A stretch of 64,000 nucleotides of DNA, taken from assembly GCA_017538125.1 (NCBI GenBank), contig JAFYJM010000002.1, positions 14,032-78,031 on the forward strand. Direction: 5' to 3'. Every line of letters begins with the position of its first letter. The first letter of the stretch is position 1. Made by a program: the position numbers and the translations under genes. Below the pieces are notes generated by a model. That model was not told the origin of the DNA. It made no database searches and saw nothing but the letters and a program-made list of their open reading frames with translations. Shown here piece by piece: positions 20,282 to 28,573 of this stretch. The DNA is from Bacillota bacterium (GTDB taxonomy: Bacteria > Bacillota > Clostridia > Peptostreptococcales > Anaerovoracaceae).

Positions 20282-20357
20282 AATTTTACCTCTCAAATAA
20301 GTTAGTTATATATTTGAAATCAAACATATTCATACATAGTAAATATACCAAAAACAC

Positions 20358-20391
20358 ATCAAAAAAGCAATATCATAATTGCGATATTGCT
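20358..20391 (-). terminator. Intrinsic terminator after the U32 peptidase gene
   Basis: 9 bp stem AGCAATATC/GATATTGCT (20366-20391) followed on the minus strand by TTTTTTG. Confidence 0.7.
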
Positions 20392-20442
20392 TTGATTTGA
20401 TATATCAAAAAGTTAGTCTGTATTAGTTTCCGATCGGTATGA

Positions 20443-21666
20443 TCATTTCTTCTTCCGGAGCATCCAGCCGGGTCTTACCTCCCCTGCCATCTTCATCTTG
20501 ATGATCTCCTGCGGATGAGGACACGAATCTATCGGTTCTCCGGCTTCGTTATACATCTCTTCTACCTTCTGTACGAAGAAATCCGTGAATGGCCCGAATA
20601 CTTCGATCTCGTCTCCTATGACCATCTTATTTCTCTGCTCGATCACCGCATAGCCGGTCTTTGCATCATATTCGCGCACTATTCCGGTATAAACATAGTC
20701 CCTCGTATACTGGGACGTCTCGTAGTTCTGATCCTTATCAGTCGGCTTGTCGAAATAAAAGCCTGTCGTGAACTGGCGGTGGGATACTTTGCGGAGTTCG
20801 TCCATCCATTCTTCTTTGAATTCCCAGTTTTCAGGATCTTCATAGTAGGCGTCGATCGCTTTGCGGTAAGCTGAGACTACGTGCGCTACGTAGAACGAAG
20901 ATTTCATGCGTCCCTCGATCTTAAGAGAATCCAGACCGCAGCCAACCAGCTCGGGTATGTACCGGATCATGCAGAGATCCTTTGAGTTCAGTATATATGT
21001 GCCGCGCTCGTCTTCTTCGACAGGATAATATTCACCCGGACGCTGCTCCTCTACGAGGGCGTACTTCCACCTGCAGGGATGCGCGCACTCGCCGCGGTTC
21101 GCGTCACGGTTTATCATGAAATTGCTCAGGAGGCATCTCCCGGAATAACTTATGCACATTGCTCCGTGGACGAAGGCTTCAAACTCCAGATCCTCCGGAC
21201 ATCTCGCCCTGAGTTCTCCGATCTCTGTGAAGCTCAGCTCCCTGGCCAGTACTATCCTTCTGACACCCAGACCGTACCAGAACATTGCGGTCTGATAATT
21301 GGTCATGTTAGCCTGTGTGCTCAGATGGATCTCAGCATCCGGAATTATCTCCTTCAAGATGGCGAAAACTCCCGGATCTGAAACCAGATATGCGTCTATA
21401 CCAAGGTCTTTTATATCTGTCAGATACCTGCGGAGCGGCTCTATATCTTCATTGTGCGCAAAGATATTCACCGTGAGATAACATCTCGCTCCGCGTTCAT
21501 GCGCGTAAGCTATTCCGGCCTCCATCTCTTCGGCTGTAAGGTTGCCCGCTCCAGCCCTTAATGAGAATGCCTCCCCTCCGAAGTACACGGCATCCGCGCC
21601 GTAATCCACAGCAGTTTTTAATTTTTCAAGATCTCCGGCAGGCGCCAGAAGTTCGATCTTTTTCAT
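20443..21666 (-). CDS. Peptidase U32 family protein (YrrO/TrhP-like, linked to tRNA U34 hydroxylation in B. subtilis)
   Basis: 407 aa. MKKIELLAPAGDLEKLKTAVDYGADAVYFGG N-terminus typical of U32. It lies directly downstream of a YrrM-like O-methyltransferase, as in the B. subtilis yrrM-yrrN-yrrO cluster. Confidence 0.8.
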   Translation of the reverse strand: MKKIELLAPAGDLEKLKTAVDYGADAVYFGGEAFSLRAGAGNLTAEEMEAGIAYAHERGARCYLTVNIFAHNEDIEPLRRYLTDIKDLGIDAYLVSDPGVFAILKEIIPDAEIHLSTQANMTNYQTAMFWYGLGVRRIVLARELSFTEIGELRARCPEDLEFEAFVHGAMCISYSGRCLLSNFMINRDANRGECAHPCRWKYALVEEQRPGEYYPVEEDERGTYILNSKDLCMIRYIPELVGCGLDSLKIEGRMKSSFYVAHVVSAYRKAIDAYYEDPENWEFKEEWMDELRKVSHRQFTTGFYFDKPTDKDQNYETSQYTRDYVYTGIVREYDAKTGYAVIEQRNKMVIGDEIEVFGPFTDFFVQKVEEMYNEAGEPIDSCPHPQEIIKMKMAGEVRPGWMLRKKK

Positions 21667-21675
21667 GTCTGATCC

Positions 21676-22383
21676 TTATATCGGTTTGATTATTGTTATG
21701 CCGTTTCCCACGGCCAGATGAGTCGAGCTGAATCTGGGATCGGTCTTCACGAACTCATTGAACTCACGAAGTGCGAGAGTATTCGTTCTGTGCTTCCTGG
21801 GAGGTATCTCTCCTTCCAGCGCCGGCCTTCCCTGAAAAAGCGTATCGTCGCATATTATCACGCCGTCATCCGCGAGGAGGCTGAGACTAGCCTCCAGAAA
21901 TCTCCTGTAGTGTGACTTGGCAGCGTCGATGAAGATAAGACCGAACCGGTTCGAGCCTTCCTTTTCTATCTGTTTTATTCCTTCTTCACAGTCGCCGAGA
22001 TAGCAGCGAATATAATCTCCATAGCCGAGCTTTTTGATCTCTTGCTTGGCTCTTCTGAACATTGTCTCGTCTTTCTCTATCGTATACACCTGAGGTCCGC
22101 TCAGTTGGTCGTACTGTCTGATCTTCTCAGCGAAAAACATGGCCGAATAACCTACCGCAGTGCCTATCTCAAGAACTTTAAAGGGCTTGATCACGTCCAT
22201 GAAAGTTGACAGGAAATCCTCGGTCTCTCTGAGTATCACGGGCACAGGCTCTGCCTCAAGAGCATCTCGCAGTTCGCCGAGTTCAGGAGTCAGAGGCTTG
22301 TAAAAATTAGACAGATACTCGGTCACGGCCTCGTTCGTTATATCTTTTGTTATGTGCCTCATGACACTTTTGTCAGTCATCAT
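21676..22383 (-). CDS. Class I SAM-dependent O-methyltransferase (YrrM/TrmR-like)
   Basis: SAM motif VLEIGTAVGYSAMFFA, plus IFIDAAKSHY. The track ORF starts at 22452, inside the upstream gene. ATGs at 22383 and 22380 follow GAGGA and overlap the upstream stop (ATGACTGA), so a start at 22380-22383 is more likely. Confidence 0.8.
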   Translation of the reverse strand: MMTDKSVMRHITKDITNEAVTEYLSNFYKPLTPELGELRDALEAEPVPVILRETEDFLSTFMDVIKPFKVLEIGTAVGYSAMFFAEKIRQYDQLSGPQVYTIEKDETMFRRAKQEIKKLGYGDYIRCYLGDCEEGIKQIEKEGSNRFGLIFIDAAKSHYRRFLEASLSLLADDGVIICDDTLFQGRPALEGEIPPRKHRTNTLALREFNEFVKTDPRFSSTHLAVGNGITIIKPI

Positions 22384-23659
22384 CTTCATCCTCAGGCTTC
22401 GGTTCGTCCAGAGTGAGCAAAAGCTTGTCGACCCTTCTCTCCTCAGCTTCAAGCACTTTCAGTGTGAAATTCTCATAATGGAGCTCGTCGCCGACCACGG
22501 GGAACCTCTCCAGCATCTCCATGAACCAGCCTCCCACGGTCTCTGAGTCGAAGTCTGATTCGTAATCGTCCTCGTCCATATTCACGATCTCAAGGAAATC
22601 GTATATGTTCAGATCGCCGTCTATCTCGTACTCCCTGTCGTTTTTGGCTACTATCTCTTCTTCTACGAGATCATTCTCGTCCCAGATCTCGCCTACGACT
22701 TCTTCGAGCACGTCCTCCATGGTTATGACTCCATCGGTGCCGCTGTATTCATCGGTCACGATGGCCATGTGCTGGTTGGCTTCACGGAGCGCCTGAAGTA
22801 CGGAAGGCAGCTTGGTGGTCCTGTAAACGAACACAGGCTCCATCAGGATGCTCCTGATGTCCGGCTCCTCGTTCACAGAGAGTTCTTTGAGGAGGTCGTT
22901 CAGATGCAGCACTCCGATGATGTTGTCTATACTGTCTTCATAAACAGGCAATCTGGTGAAAGGTGTCTCGTTTACGAGCTCCATGATCTCTTCCATTGAA
23001 TCCTCGATGTCTATCGCATCCAGGTCCACCCTGGAAGTCATGGCTTCATATGCAGAGATGTCAGCGAAGTCTATGGCTGCGATGAGGAGAGATTTCTGGT
23101 CTTCGTCGAGCACTCCCTCGTCCTCAGCCGTCTCTATGATCGTCGCCAGTTCCTCGATGGTCTCATCTTCATCAGTCTCTTCGTCTTCTTCGGCCCTTTG
23201 AGGGCTTATCAGACCGACGAGCCCTACCACAGCCTTGACTAGCGGCTTGAGGATCACGCTGAGTACCTTTACAAAAGGTGCTATCTTTAGCGAGAAGCGA
23301 GTGGCGTTCTGCTTGGCTGTGATCTTCGGCATCGTCTCTCCGAAGATGATCACAAGTATCGTGATTATGACGGTCGCGATCCAGGCGTTTTTGTCAGAGC
23401 CTGTAATCAGGATGACAAGCACAGAGCACATCGCAGATGCAGCTATGTTCACCAGGTTATTGCCTATAAGTATGGCTCCGAGGCTGTCGTCAAAGTTCTC
23501 GAGGAGCCCGAGTGCGATGCCGGCACGGCGGCTGCCTTCCTCTGCCTCGTTTTCGATCCTTACCTTGTTGGCGGATGAAAGCGCCATCTCAGACGCCGAG
23601 AACAGAGCCGAGAATATGATGCAAAGTATTATACCGCAAATAAGAAGGCCTACAGTCAT
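22373..23659 (-). CDS. CNNM/CorC-HlyC family transporter (DUF21 membrane domain, CBS pair, CorC_HlyC domain)
   Basis: 428 aa. N-terminal TM helices followed by SEMALSS, a CBS-pair region, and a C-terminal CorC-type domain (ETVGGWFMEMLERFP). Confidence 0.8.
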   Translation of the reverse strand: MTVGLLICGIILCIIFSALFSASEMALSSANKVRIENEAEEGSRRAGIALGLLENFDDSLGAILIGNNLVNIAASAMCSVLVILITGSDKNAWIATVIITILVIIFGETMPKITAKQNATRFSLKIAPFVKVLSVILKPLVKAVVGLVGLISPQRAEEDEETDEDETIEELATIIETAEDEGVLDEDQKSLLIAAIDFADISAYEAMTSRVDLDAIDIEDSMEEIMELVNETPFTRLPVYEDSIDNIIGVLHLNDLLKELSVNEEPDIRSILMEPVFVYRTTKLPSVLQALREANQHMAIVTDEYSGTDGVITMEDVLEEVVGEIWDENDLVEEEIVAKNDREYEIDGDLNIYDFLEIVNMDEDDYESDFDSETVGGWFMEMLERFPVVGDELHYENFTLKVLEAEERRVDKLLLTLDEPKPEDEDDD

Positions 23660-24666
23660 TTCGTCTGACCTCCTTCCTCGTCGCTCTCGTCAAAGATATC
23701 TCCGACAAGCTCTTCCAGTATGTCTTCGATAGATACCAGACCGATGAAACGGCCGTTCACGCCCTTGACGAGGGCAATGTTCTGGCGCGCCTTGGACATC
23801 TCTTCAAGGAGTTCGTCAGCCATGGTCTTCGATGATACGTAGTACGGCTCGTCCATGATATCTCTTACGTCCGGTATGACGCGCGTATTCAGGTATTCCT
23901 TGAGATACTCTCTGATCCTGAGTATGCCGAGAACGTTATCTATCGTCCCGTCGTAAACGACTACCCTTGAGTGCGTGAGAGTATTGACCTGCTCGAAGAT
24001 CTCCTCTCTTGAGAGGTTCACATCGATGCCGACGATATCCCTCTTGGGTGTAAGTATTCTGCCCGTCTTAGTGTCGGTGAACTCCAGCACCGAGGACATC
24101 ATATCTTCCTGATCCTCGTCGATCACGCCTTCCTCGGCCAGATCTTCGAAAATATCCAGGAGTTCGTCCTCCGTGACCGAGATCTCAGGGTCGCCCTTGG
24201 TAAGTTTAGCGGCCTGAAGGCCCACCCAAGTGAGGAAGCCAGCCAGCGGGCTGAACACTTTCATCATAACTGAAAGAAGCCCTGCGGTTTTCAGGGCGTA
24301 AGTTTCAGGATTCTTCTTTGCGATGCTCTTCGGGAGCATCTCTCCCGCAAAGAACACCACAAGAGTAGTTATTATAGTTGAAAGCGACACGAAACCAAGC
24401 CCCCAGATCCTTGTGACCATTACGGTCACCATGGTTGCTATGGTCAGGTGTACTATATTTGTGCAGATAAGCAAAGTGCTTATGGCGGTCTCAATATTAT
24501 CCAGAATATCCATGGCCTTTTCGGCGCGCTCATCTCCCCTGTCCGCGCTTACCTTGATCTTCGACTGTGACACCGAAGCAAAGGCAGTTTCAGACACGGC
24601 AAAAAACGCCGCTAAAGCCAGTAGGATCAATATGAAAAAGATAGATATTCGACTGTCCGCGTCCAT
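23656..24666 (-). CDS. CNNM-like DUF21 and CBS-pair membrane protein, no CorC_HlyC C-terminal domain
   Basis: 336 aa. FAVSETAFASV DUF21 signature and a CBS pair. It ends shortly after the CBS region. 4 nt overlap with the next gene. Confidence 0.75.
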   Translation of the reverse strand: MDADSRISIFFILILLALAAFFAVSETAFASVSQSKIKVSADRGDERAEKAMDILDNIETAISTLLICTNIVHLTIATMVTVMVTRIWGLGFVSLSTIITTLVVFFAGEMLPKSIAKKNPETYALKTAGLLSVMMKVFSPLAGFLTWVGLQAAKLTKGDPEISVTEDELLDIFEDLAEEGVIDEDQEDMMSSVLEFTDTKTGRILTPKRDIVGIDVNLSREEIFEQVNTLTHSRVVVYDGTIDNVLGILRIREYLKEYLNTRVIPDVRDIMDEPYYVSSKTMADELLEEMSKARQNIALVKGVNGRFIGLVSIEDILEELVGDIFDESDEEGGQTK

Positions 24667-24739
24667 TTTGAACGATCACTTCCTTTTTGCAATGGACATT
24701 AAAAATTGTTTATGTATCAGCGGCAGGCACACAAGTCCG

Positions 24740-25774
24740 TTAACCGCTGTGTGCTTCTGTGTAAGCCTTGTTATAGGCAGCTTCGAACTGCACGAACTCG
24801 TTATAGTCACCGGTGAAATTGCTTGTGCCGTCCAGCTTCTCGCTGAGAACGAAATACAGATAATTCGTGTCTGCCGGTTCAAGTGCAGCCTTGAAAGACT
24901 TGAGTCCCATGCTGCATATCGGTCCCGGAGGAAGTCCGTAATGCTTGTAAGTATTATAAGGGCTGTCGATCTCCAGATCCTCATAAAGCAGATTATCCTT
25001 CACTTCCCCTGTCTCTTTGAGAAGCAGGTACTGCACCGTGGAGCACATCTGGAGCATCATATTGTTATTGATCCTGTTGTAGATGACCGAGGATACCAGT
25101 GGCCTCTCATCATCTACCATGCACTCTCTCTCGATTATCGATGCGGCAGTAAGCACTTCGTTGAGCGTATAGTTCTGTGTTATCTCATTGTCAGTGCTCT
25201 CATACAGATCCGCGATACTTTCGCCGAAATGCTGCAGTATCATATCTATGATATCGTGCTCATCATATGAGTCCGGTACGCTATAGGTGTCGGGCATGAG
25301 ATAGCCTTCCAGAGAATTGTTCTTCAGGAAACCGTAATCATAGCTGCCGTTTTCGATGGCATCCATGAATCCCTCATAAGTGCCTGCGCCCTGATCTGCA
25401 AGTTTCTGGGCCGTCTGCTCGATAGTCAGACCTTCAGGTATCGTAACGAAAGTATCACTCACCTGGCTGGTCTCAAGTGTCTCGATGATGGTCGCGAAGT
25501 CCATGGACGGGCTGAGTGTGAACGTTCCGGACTTCATGTTCGGCTGGGTCTTGGACATCTTGAGATACAGCTTGAAATTGAATGCTGAGTTGATGACGCC
25601 GTTTTTTTCGAGTATCTCTCCTATCGTGCTGGCGTACGTACCTTCAGGTATCTCTATGGTGATCTCTTCGGTGCTCGCAGGATCCTTCGGTTTATCAAGA
25701 TTGTTTACATACCAAAGGCCGCCCGCACCGGCGATGACTATAAGTAAAAGAAGTACAATCAAAAATTTACGCAT
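24740..25774 (-). CDS. mltG: Endolytic murein transglycosylase MltG (YceG family)
   Basis: YceG motifs ASIIERE, SVIYNRI, SPYNTYKHYGLPPGPI. I prefer the start at 25774 (MRKFLIVLLLL signal anchor) because AGGAGG lies upstream. The track ORF starts at 25828. Confidence 0.88.
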   Translation of the reverse strand: MRKFLIVLLLLIVIAGAGGLWYVNNLDKPKDPASTEEITIEIPEGTYASTIGEILEKNGVINSAFNFKLYLKMSKTQPNMKSGTFTLSPSMDFATIIETLETSQVSDTFVTIPEGLTIEQTAQKLADQGAGTYEGFMDAIENGSYDYGFLKNNSLEGYLMPDTYSVPDSYDEHDIIDMILQHFGESIADLYESTDNEITQNYTLNEVLTAASIIERECMVDDERPLVSSVIYNRINNNMMLQMCSTVQYLLLKETGEVKDNLLYEDLEIDSPYNTYKHYGLPPGPICSMGLKSFKAALEPADTNYLYFVLSEKLDGTSNFTGDYNEFVQFEAAYNKAYTEAHSG

Positions 25775-25854
25775 TCCCCTTTTTCCTCCTGGGTAATAGT
25801 TCGGAATAATACAATATAAGGGACACACAAGGCGTCCCTTAAGTCCCGATGCTT

Positions 25855-26415
25855 TTATTTCGCTCTTCCTAAATACTCACCGGTCCTGGTGTCGATCTGG
25901 ATCTTTTCACCCTGTTCGATAAAGATGGGAACCTGTACGACGGCGCCGGTCTCAACGGTTGCAGCCTTGGTAACGTTAGTGGCTGTGTTGCCCTTGACTC
26001 CGGGCTCGCAGTCGATGACTTCAAGGTTTACGAAGTTCTCGGCTTCGACCAGGAAAGCGTTGCCCTGGAAGAATTTGATGGTAACTTCATCATTCTCTCT
26101 GATCCACTTGACAGCGTCCTCTACCTGCTCCTGTGCGAGAGGTACCTGGTCATAGGTCTCAGGGTCCATGAAGTAATAGAGTTCTCCGTCGTTATAGAGA
26201 TACTGCATCTTCTTGGTCTCGATGATGGCGTCGTCAAATTTGTCGGAAGGGTTGAAAGCTTCCTCTCTGGTAGCTCCGGTCAGGATGTTTCTGTACTTCG
26301 TCCTTACGAAAGCAGCTCCCTTGCCGGGTTTGACATGCTGGAAATCGAGAACCACACAGGGATCTCCGTTTACGATGAAAGTTTTGCCTTTTCTGAAATC
26401 ACTAGCGTATACCAT
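25855..26415 (-). CDS. efp: Translation elongation factor P
   Basis: EF-P pattern [12 protein letters not shown]...[20 protein letters not shown]. Probable start is MVYASD at 26415. Confidence 0.93.
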   Translation of the reverse strand: MVYASDFRKGKTFIVNGDPCVVLDFQHVKPGKGAAFVRTKYRNILTGATREEAFNPSDKFDDAIIETKKMQYLYNDGELYYFMDPETYDQVPLAQEQVEDAVKWIRENDEVTIKFFQGNAFLVEAENFVNLEVIDCEPGVKGNTATNVTKAATVETGAVVQVPIFIEQGEKIQIDTRTGEYLGRAK

Positions 26416-26492
26416 AATATTCTCCAATCTTCTAATTAAGCTATATGTTCTACCCGCTGTACGTCTATAGCAGGATCATTAACGACTGATAA

Positions 26493-26521
26493 ATTATATC
26501 ACAAAACGCAGATCTGTTCAA
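26493..26521 (-). promoter_or_regulatory. Putative sigma-A promoter TTGAAC-17 nt-TATAAT for efp
   Basis: Minus-strand -35 at 26516-26521 and -10 at 26493-26498, exact 17 nt spacer. Confidence 0.5.
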
Positions 26522-26529
26522 CTGTTTAT

Positions 26530-26871
26530 TTACTTGAACAGACTCTCCTTGCCTATGGCCTCTCCGATGATCTCATAGACATCCTTCATCATGATTGAGA
26601 AGCGCATCTCGGATTCCATGTATGATGCTGCCAGAGGATCCATGGCCACGATTCCATAGAGCTGCTGGATCTTCTGAAGATCTTCGGCATCCGGCTGCTC
26701 TCCGCTCATCTGCTTTAACTGGATCTCAACGGACTTGGCCTGAAAATCATTCATCATGCTTTCGAGCTCCGGCTTTGTCTTGAGCTGAGACTCAGCGCTC
26801 TTGAAATGCTTGAATTCCTCTGATTCCTGGATGGCTTTCGCCAGCTGATGTGCCTGATCATATACGTTCAT
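26530..26871 (-). CDS. YlbF/YmcA family regulatory protein (UPF0342)
   Basis: 113 aa helical protein. The start MNVYDQAHQLAKAIQESEEFKHFK is typical of the YlbF family. Confidence 0.7.
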   Translation of the reverse strand: MNVYDQAHQLAKAIQESEEFKHFKSAESQLKTKPELESMMNDFQAKSVEIQLKQMSGEQPDAEDLQKIQQLYGIVAMDPLAASYMESEMRFSIMMKDVYEIIGEAIGKESLFK

Positions 26872-26872
26872 T

Positions 26873-28552
26873 TCATACCTCCAAAAATATGGGTAAAATT
26901 ATCGGATTTCTCTTGGTTATCTGGTAGATGTATCCGGACAGTTCGTCCCTCACCCTCGCTTTGAGGGTATTCCAGTCCCTGATACCGTCGTCGAGCGCTC
27001 GGTCAAGAGCATCCAGCGATACCTGTCTGGCCGACTCTATCAGTTCTTCGTTTTCCTTGACGTAGACGAAGCCGCGGGATACGATGTCCGGTCCGGAGAC
27101 CACGTAGCCTTCCTGCGCGATCGCGGCCACTACGATTATAAGGCCGGATTCAGAGAGATGTTTACGGTCTCTCAGAACTATGTTGCCCACGTCTCCAACT
27201 CCGAGACCATCCACAAGTATCGCGTCCGCGTCTACCACGTGCTTCTCGAAGAATGCCTCTTCTTCGCTTATATTGAGCACATCGCCGTTTTCGAGGACAA
27301 AGATGTTCTCCGTCTTCTCGCCTACGGATTCAGCAAGCCTTGCGTGACTGATCAAATGCCTGAACTCACCATGGACCGGCATGAAGTATTCCGGCTTCAG
27401 CAGCGAGTGCAAAAGCTTAAGTTCTTCCTGACAGGCATGTCCGCTCACATGTATCTCTGCGATATCCGAGTATATGACGTCAGCGCCCGCTTCAAAGAGC
27501 TTGTTTACTACGTTCGATACGCTCTTTTCATTACCCGGTACAGGAGTAGAACTGAGGATGACCATGTCTCCGGGTTTAAGTTTGACTCCCTTGTGCTCTC
27601 CGGAAGCGATCCTCGAAAGAGCTGACATAGGCTCTCCCTGGGAACCGGTGGTTATGATCACAAGCTTGTTGTCCGGAATGTCTCTGGTCATCTTGATATC
27701 GACCAGTACGCCGTCCGGGATGTTAAGATAGCCCAGTTCCAGCGCTAGGCTGACTACCTTCTCCATCGATCTGCCGGATACTGCGACCTGCCTGCCGCAA
27801 AGTATGGCGTTTTCGATTATTTTTTGTACCCTGTGTACGTTTGATGAGAAAGTGGCTATGATTATCCTGTTTTTGGCGGTCCTGAAAATGTTTTCAAGAG
27901 TCCTGCCCACCACTCTCTCGGATTGAGTGAAACCTGGCCTCGTAGCATTGGTGCTGTCGCAAAGCATGAGCCTGACGCCCTCATCGCCGATCTCAGCGAG
28001 TTTACCGAGATCGATGGGATCTCCATCCACCGGAGTGTAATCTATCTTGAAATCTCCTGAATGAAAGACCACTCCCTGAGGGGTCCTTATAGCCAGGCAG
28101 ATGCTGTCAGCAATGCTGTGTGTGGTCCTTATGGTCTCTACCTCGAAATAGCTGCCCAGGCTGAAGCTGTCTCCCGCATAGATGGTCTTGAGATCGGCCA
28201 CTATGTTATGTTCTTCCAGTTTATTCCTCACAAGACCTATGGTCAGCCTGGTGCCGTATACCGGCACTTTGAGGTCTCTCAGGAGATAAGGGATGGCCCC
28301 GATATGGTCTTCATGACCGTGTGTCAAGACCAGCCCCTTAACTTTCTCTCTGTTGGATATAAGATAACTGAAATCGGGAATAACAACGTCGATTCCGAGC
28401 ATTTCGTCATCGGGAAAGCTCATTCCGCAGTCGACGATCATTATCTCGTCGTCGTATTCCAGGAGGGTCATGTTCTTTCCGATCTCATTGAGCCCGCCTA
28501 TCGGAATCACTTTAAGGAACGGCTTTCTCTTGTTATTCTTTGGTTTAGCCAT
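26873..28552 (-). CDS. rnj: Ribonuclease J
   Basis: 559 aa. LKVIPIGGLNEIGKNMTLLEY, metallo-beta-lactamase motif THGHEDHIGA, beta-CASP and C-terminal domain. Confidence 0.92.
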   Translation of the reverse strand: MAKPKNNKRKPFLKVIPIGGLNEIGKNMTLLEYDDEIMIVDCGMSFPDDEMLGIDVVIPDFSYLISNREKVKGLVLTHGHEDHIGAIPYLLRDLKVPVYGTRLTIGLVRNKLEEHNIVADLKTIYAGDSFSLGSYFEVETIRTTHSIADSICLAIRTPQGVVFHSGDFKIDYTPVDGDPIDLGKLAEIGDEGVRLMLCDSTNATRPGFTQSERVVGRTLENIFRTAKNRIIIATFSSNVHRVQKIIENAILCGRQVAVSGRSMEKVVSLALELGYLNIPDGVLVDIKMTRDIPDNKLVIITTGSQGEPMSALSRIASGEHKGVKLKPGDMVILSSTPVPGNEKSVSNVVNKLFEAGADVIYSDIAEIHVSGHACQEELKLLHSLLKPEYFMPVHGEFRHLISHARLAESVGEKTENIFVLENGDVLNISEEEAFFEKHVVDADAILVDGLGVGDVGNIVLRDRKHLSESGLIIVVAAIAQEGYVVSGPDIVSRGFVYVKENEELIESARQVSLDALDRALDDGIRDWNTLKARVRDELSGYIYQITKRNPIILPIFLEV

Positions 28553-28573
28553 TATTCGCCTTTCTTTATTAAA

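Noticed and set aside
20297-20357. Promoter for the NuoE/NuoF operon
   Set aside because: Only weak candidates are present (for example ATGAAT-17-TATAAC). None is convincing enough to report as a feature.
22384-22452. N-terminal extension of the O-methyltransferase ORF (MKLRREGSTSFCSLWTNRSLR...)
   Set aside because: It overlaps the 3' end of the upstream CNNM gene by about 80 nt, is not part of the methyltransferase fold, and better starts with an RBS exist at 22380-22383.
24323-25270. 315 aa plus-strand ORF
   Set aside because: Antisense shadow ORF spanning the junction of the mltG and CNNM-like genes. Its low-complexity translation has no recognisable motifs, while the minus-strand frames have clear family signatures.
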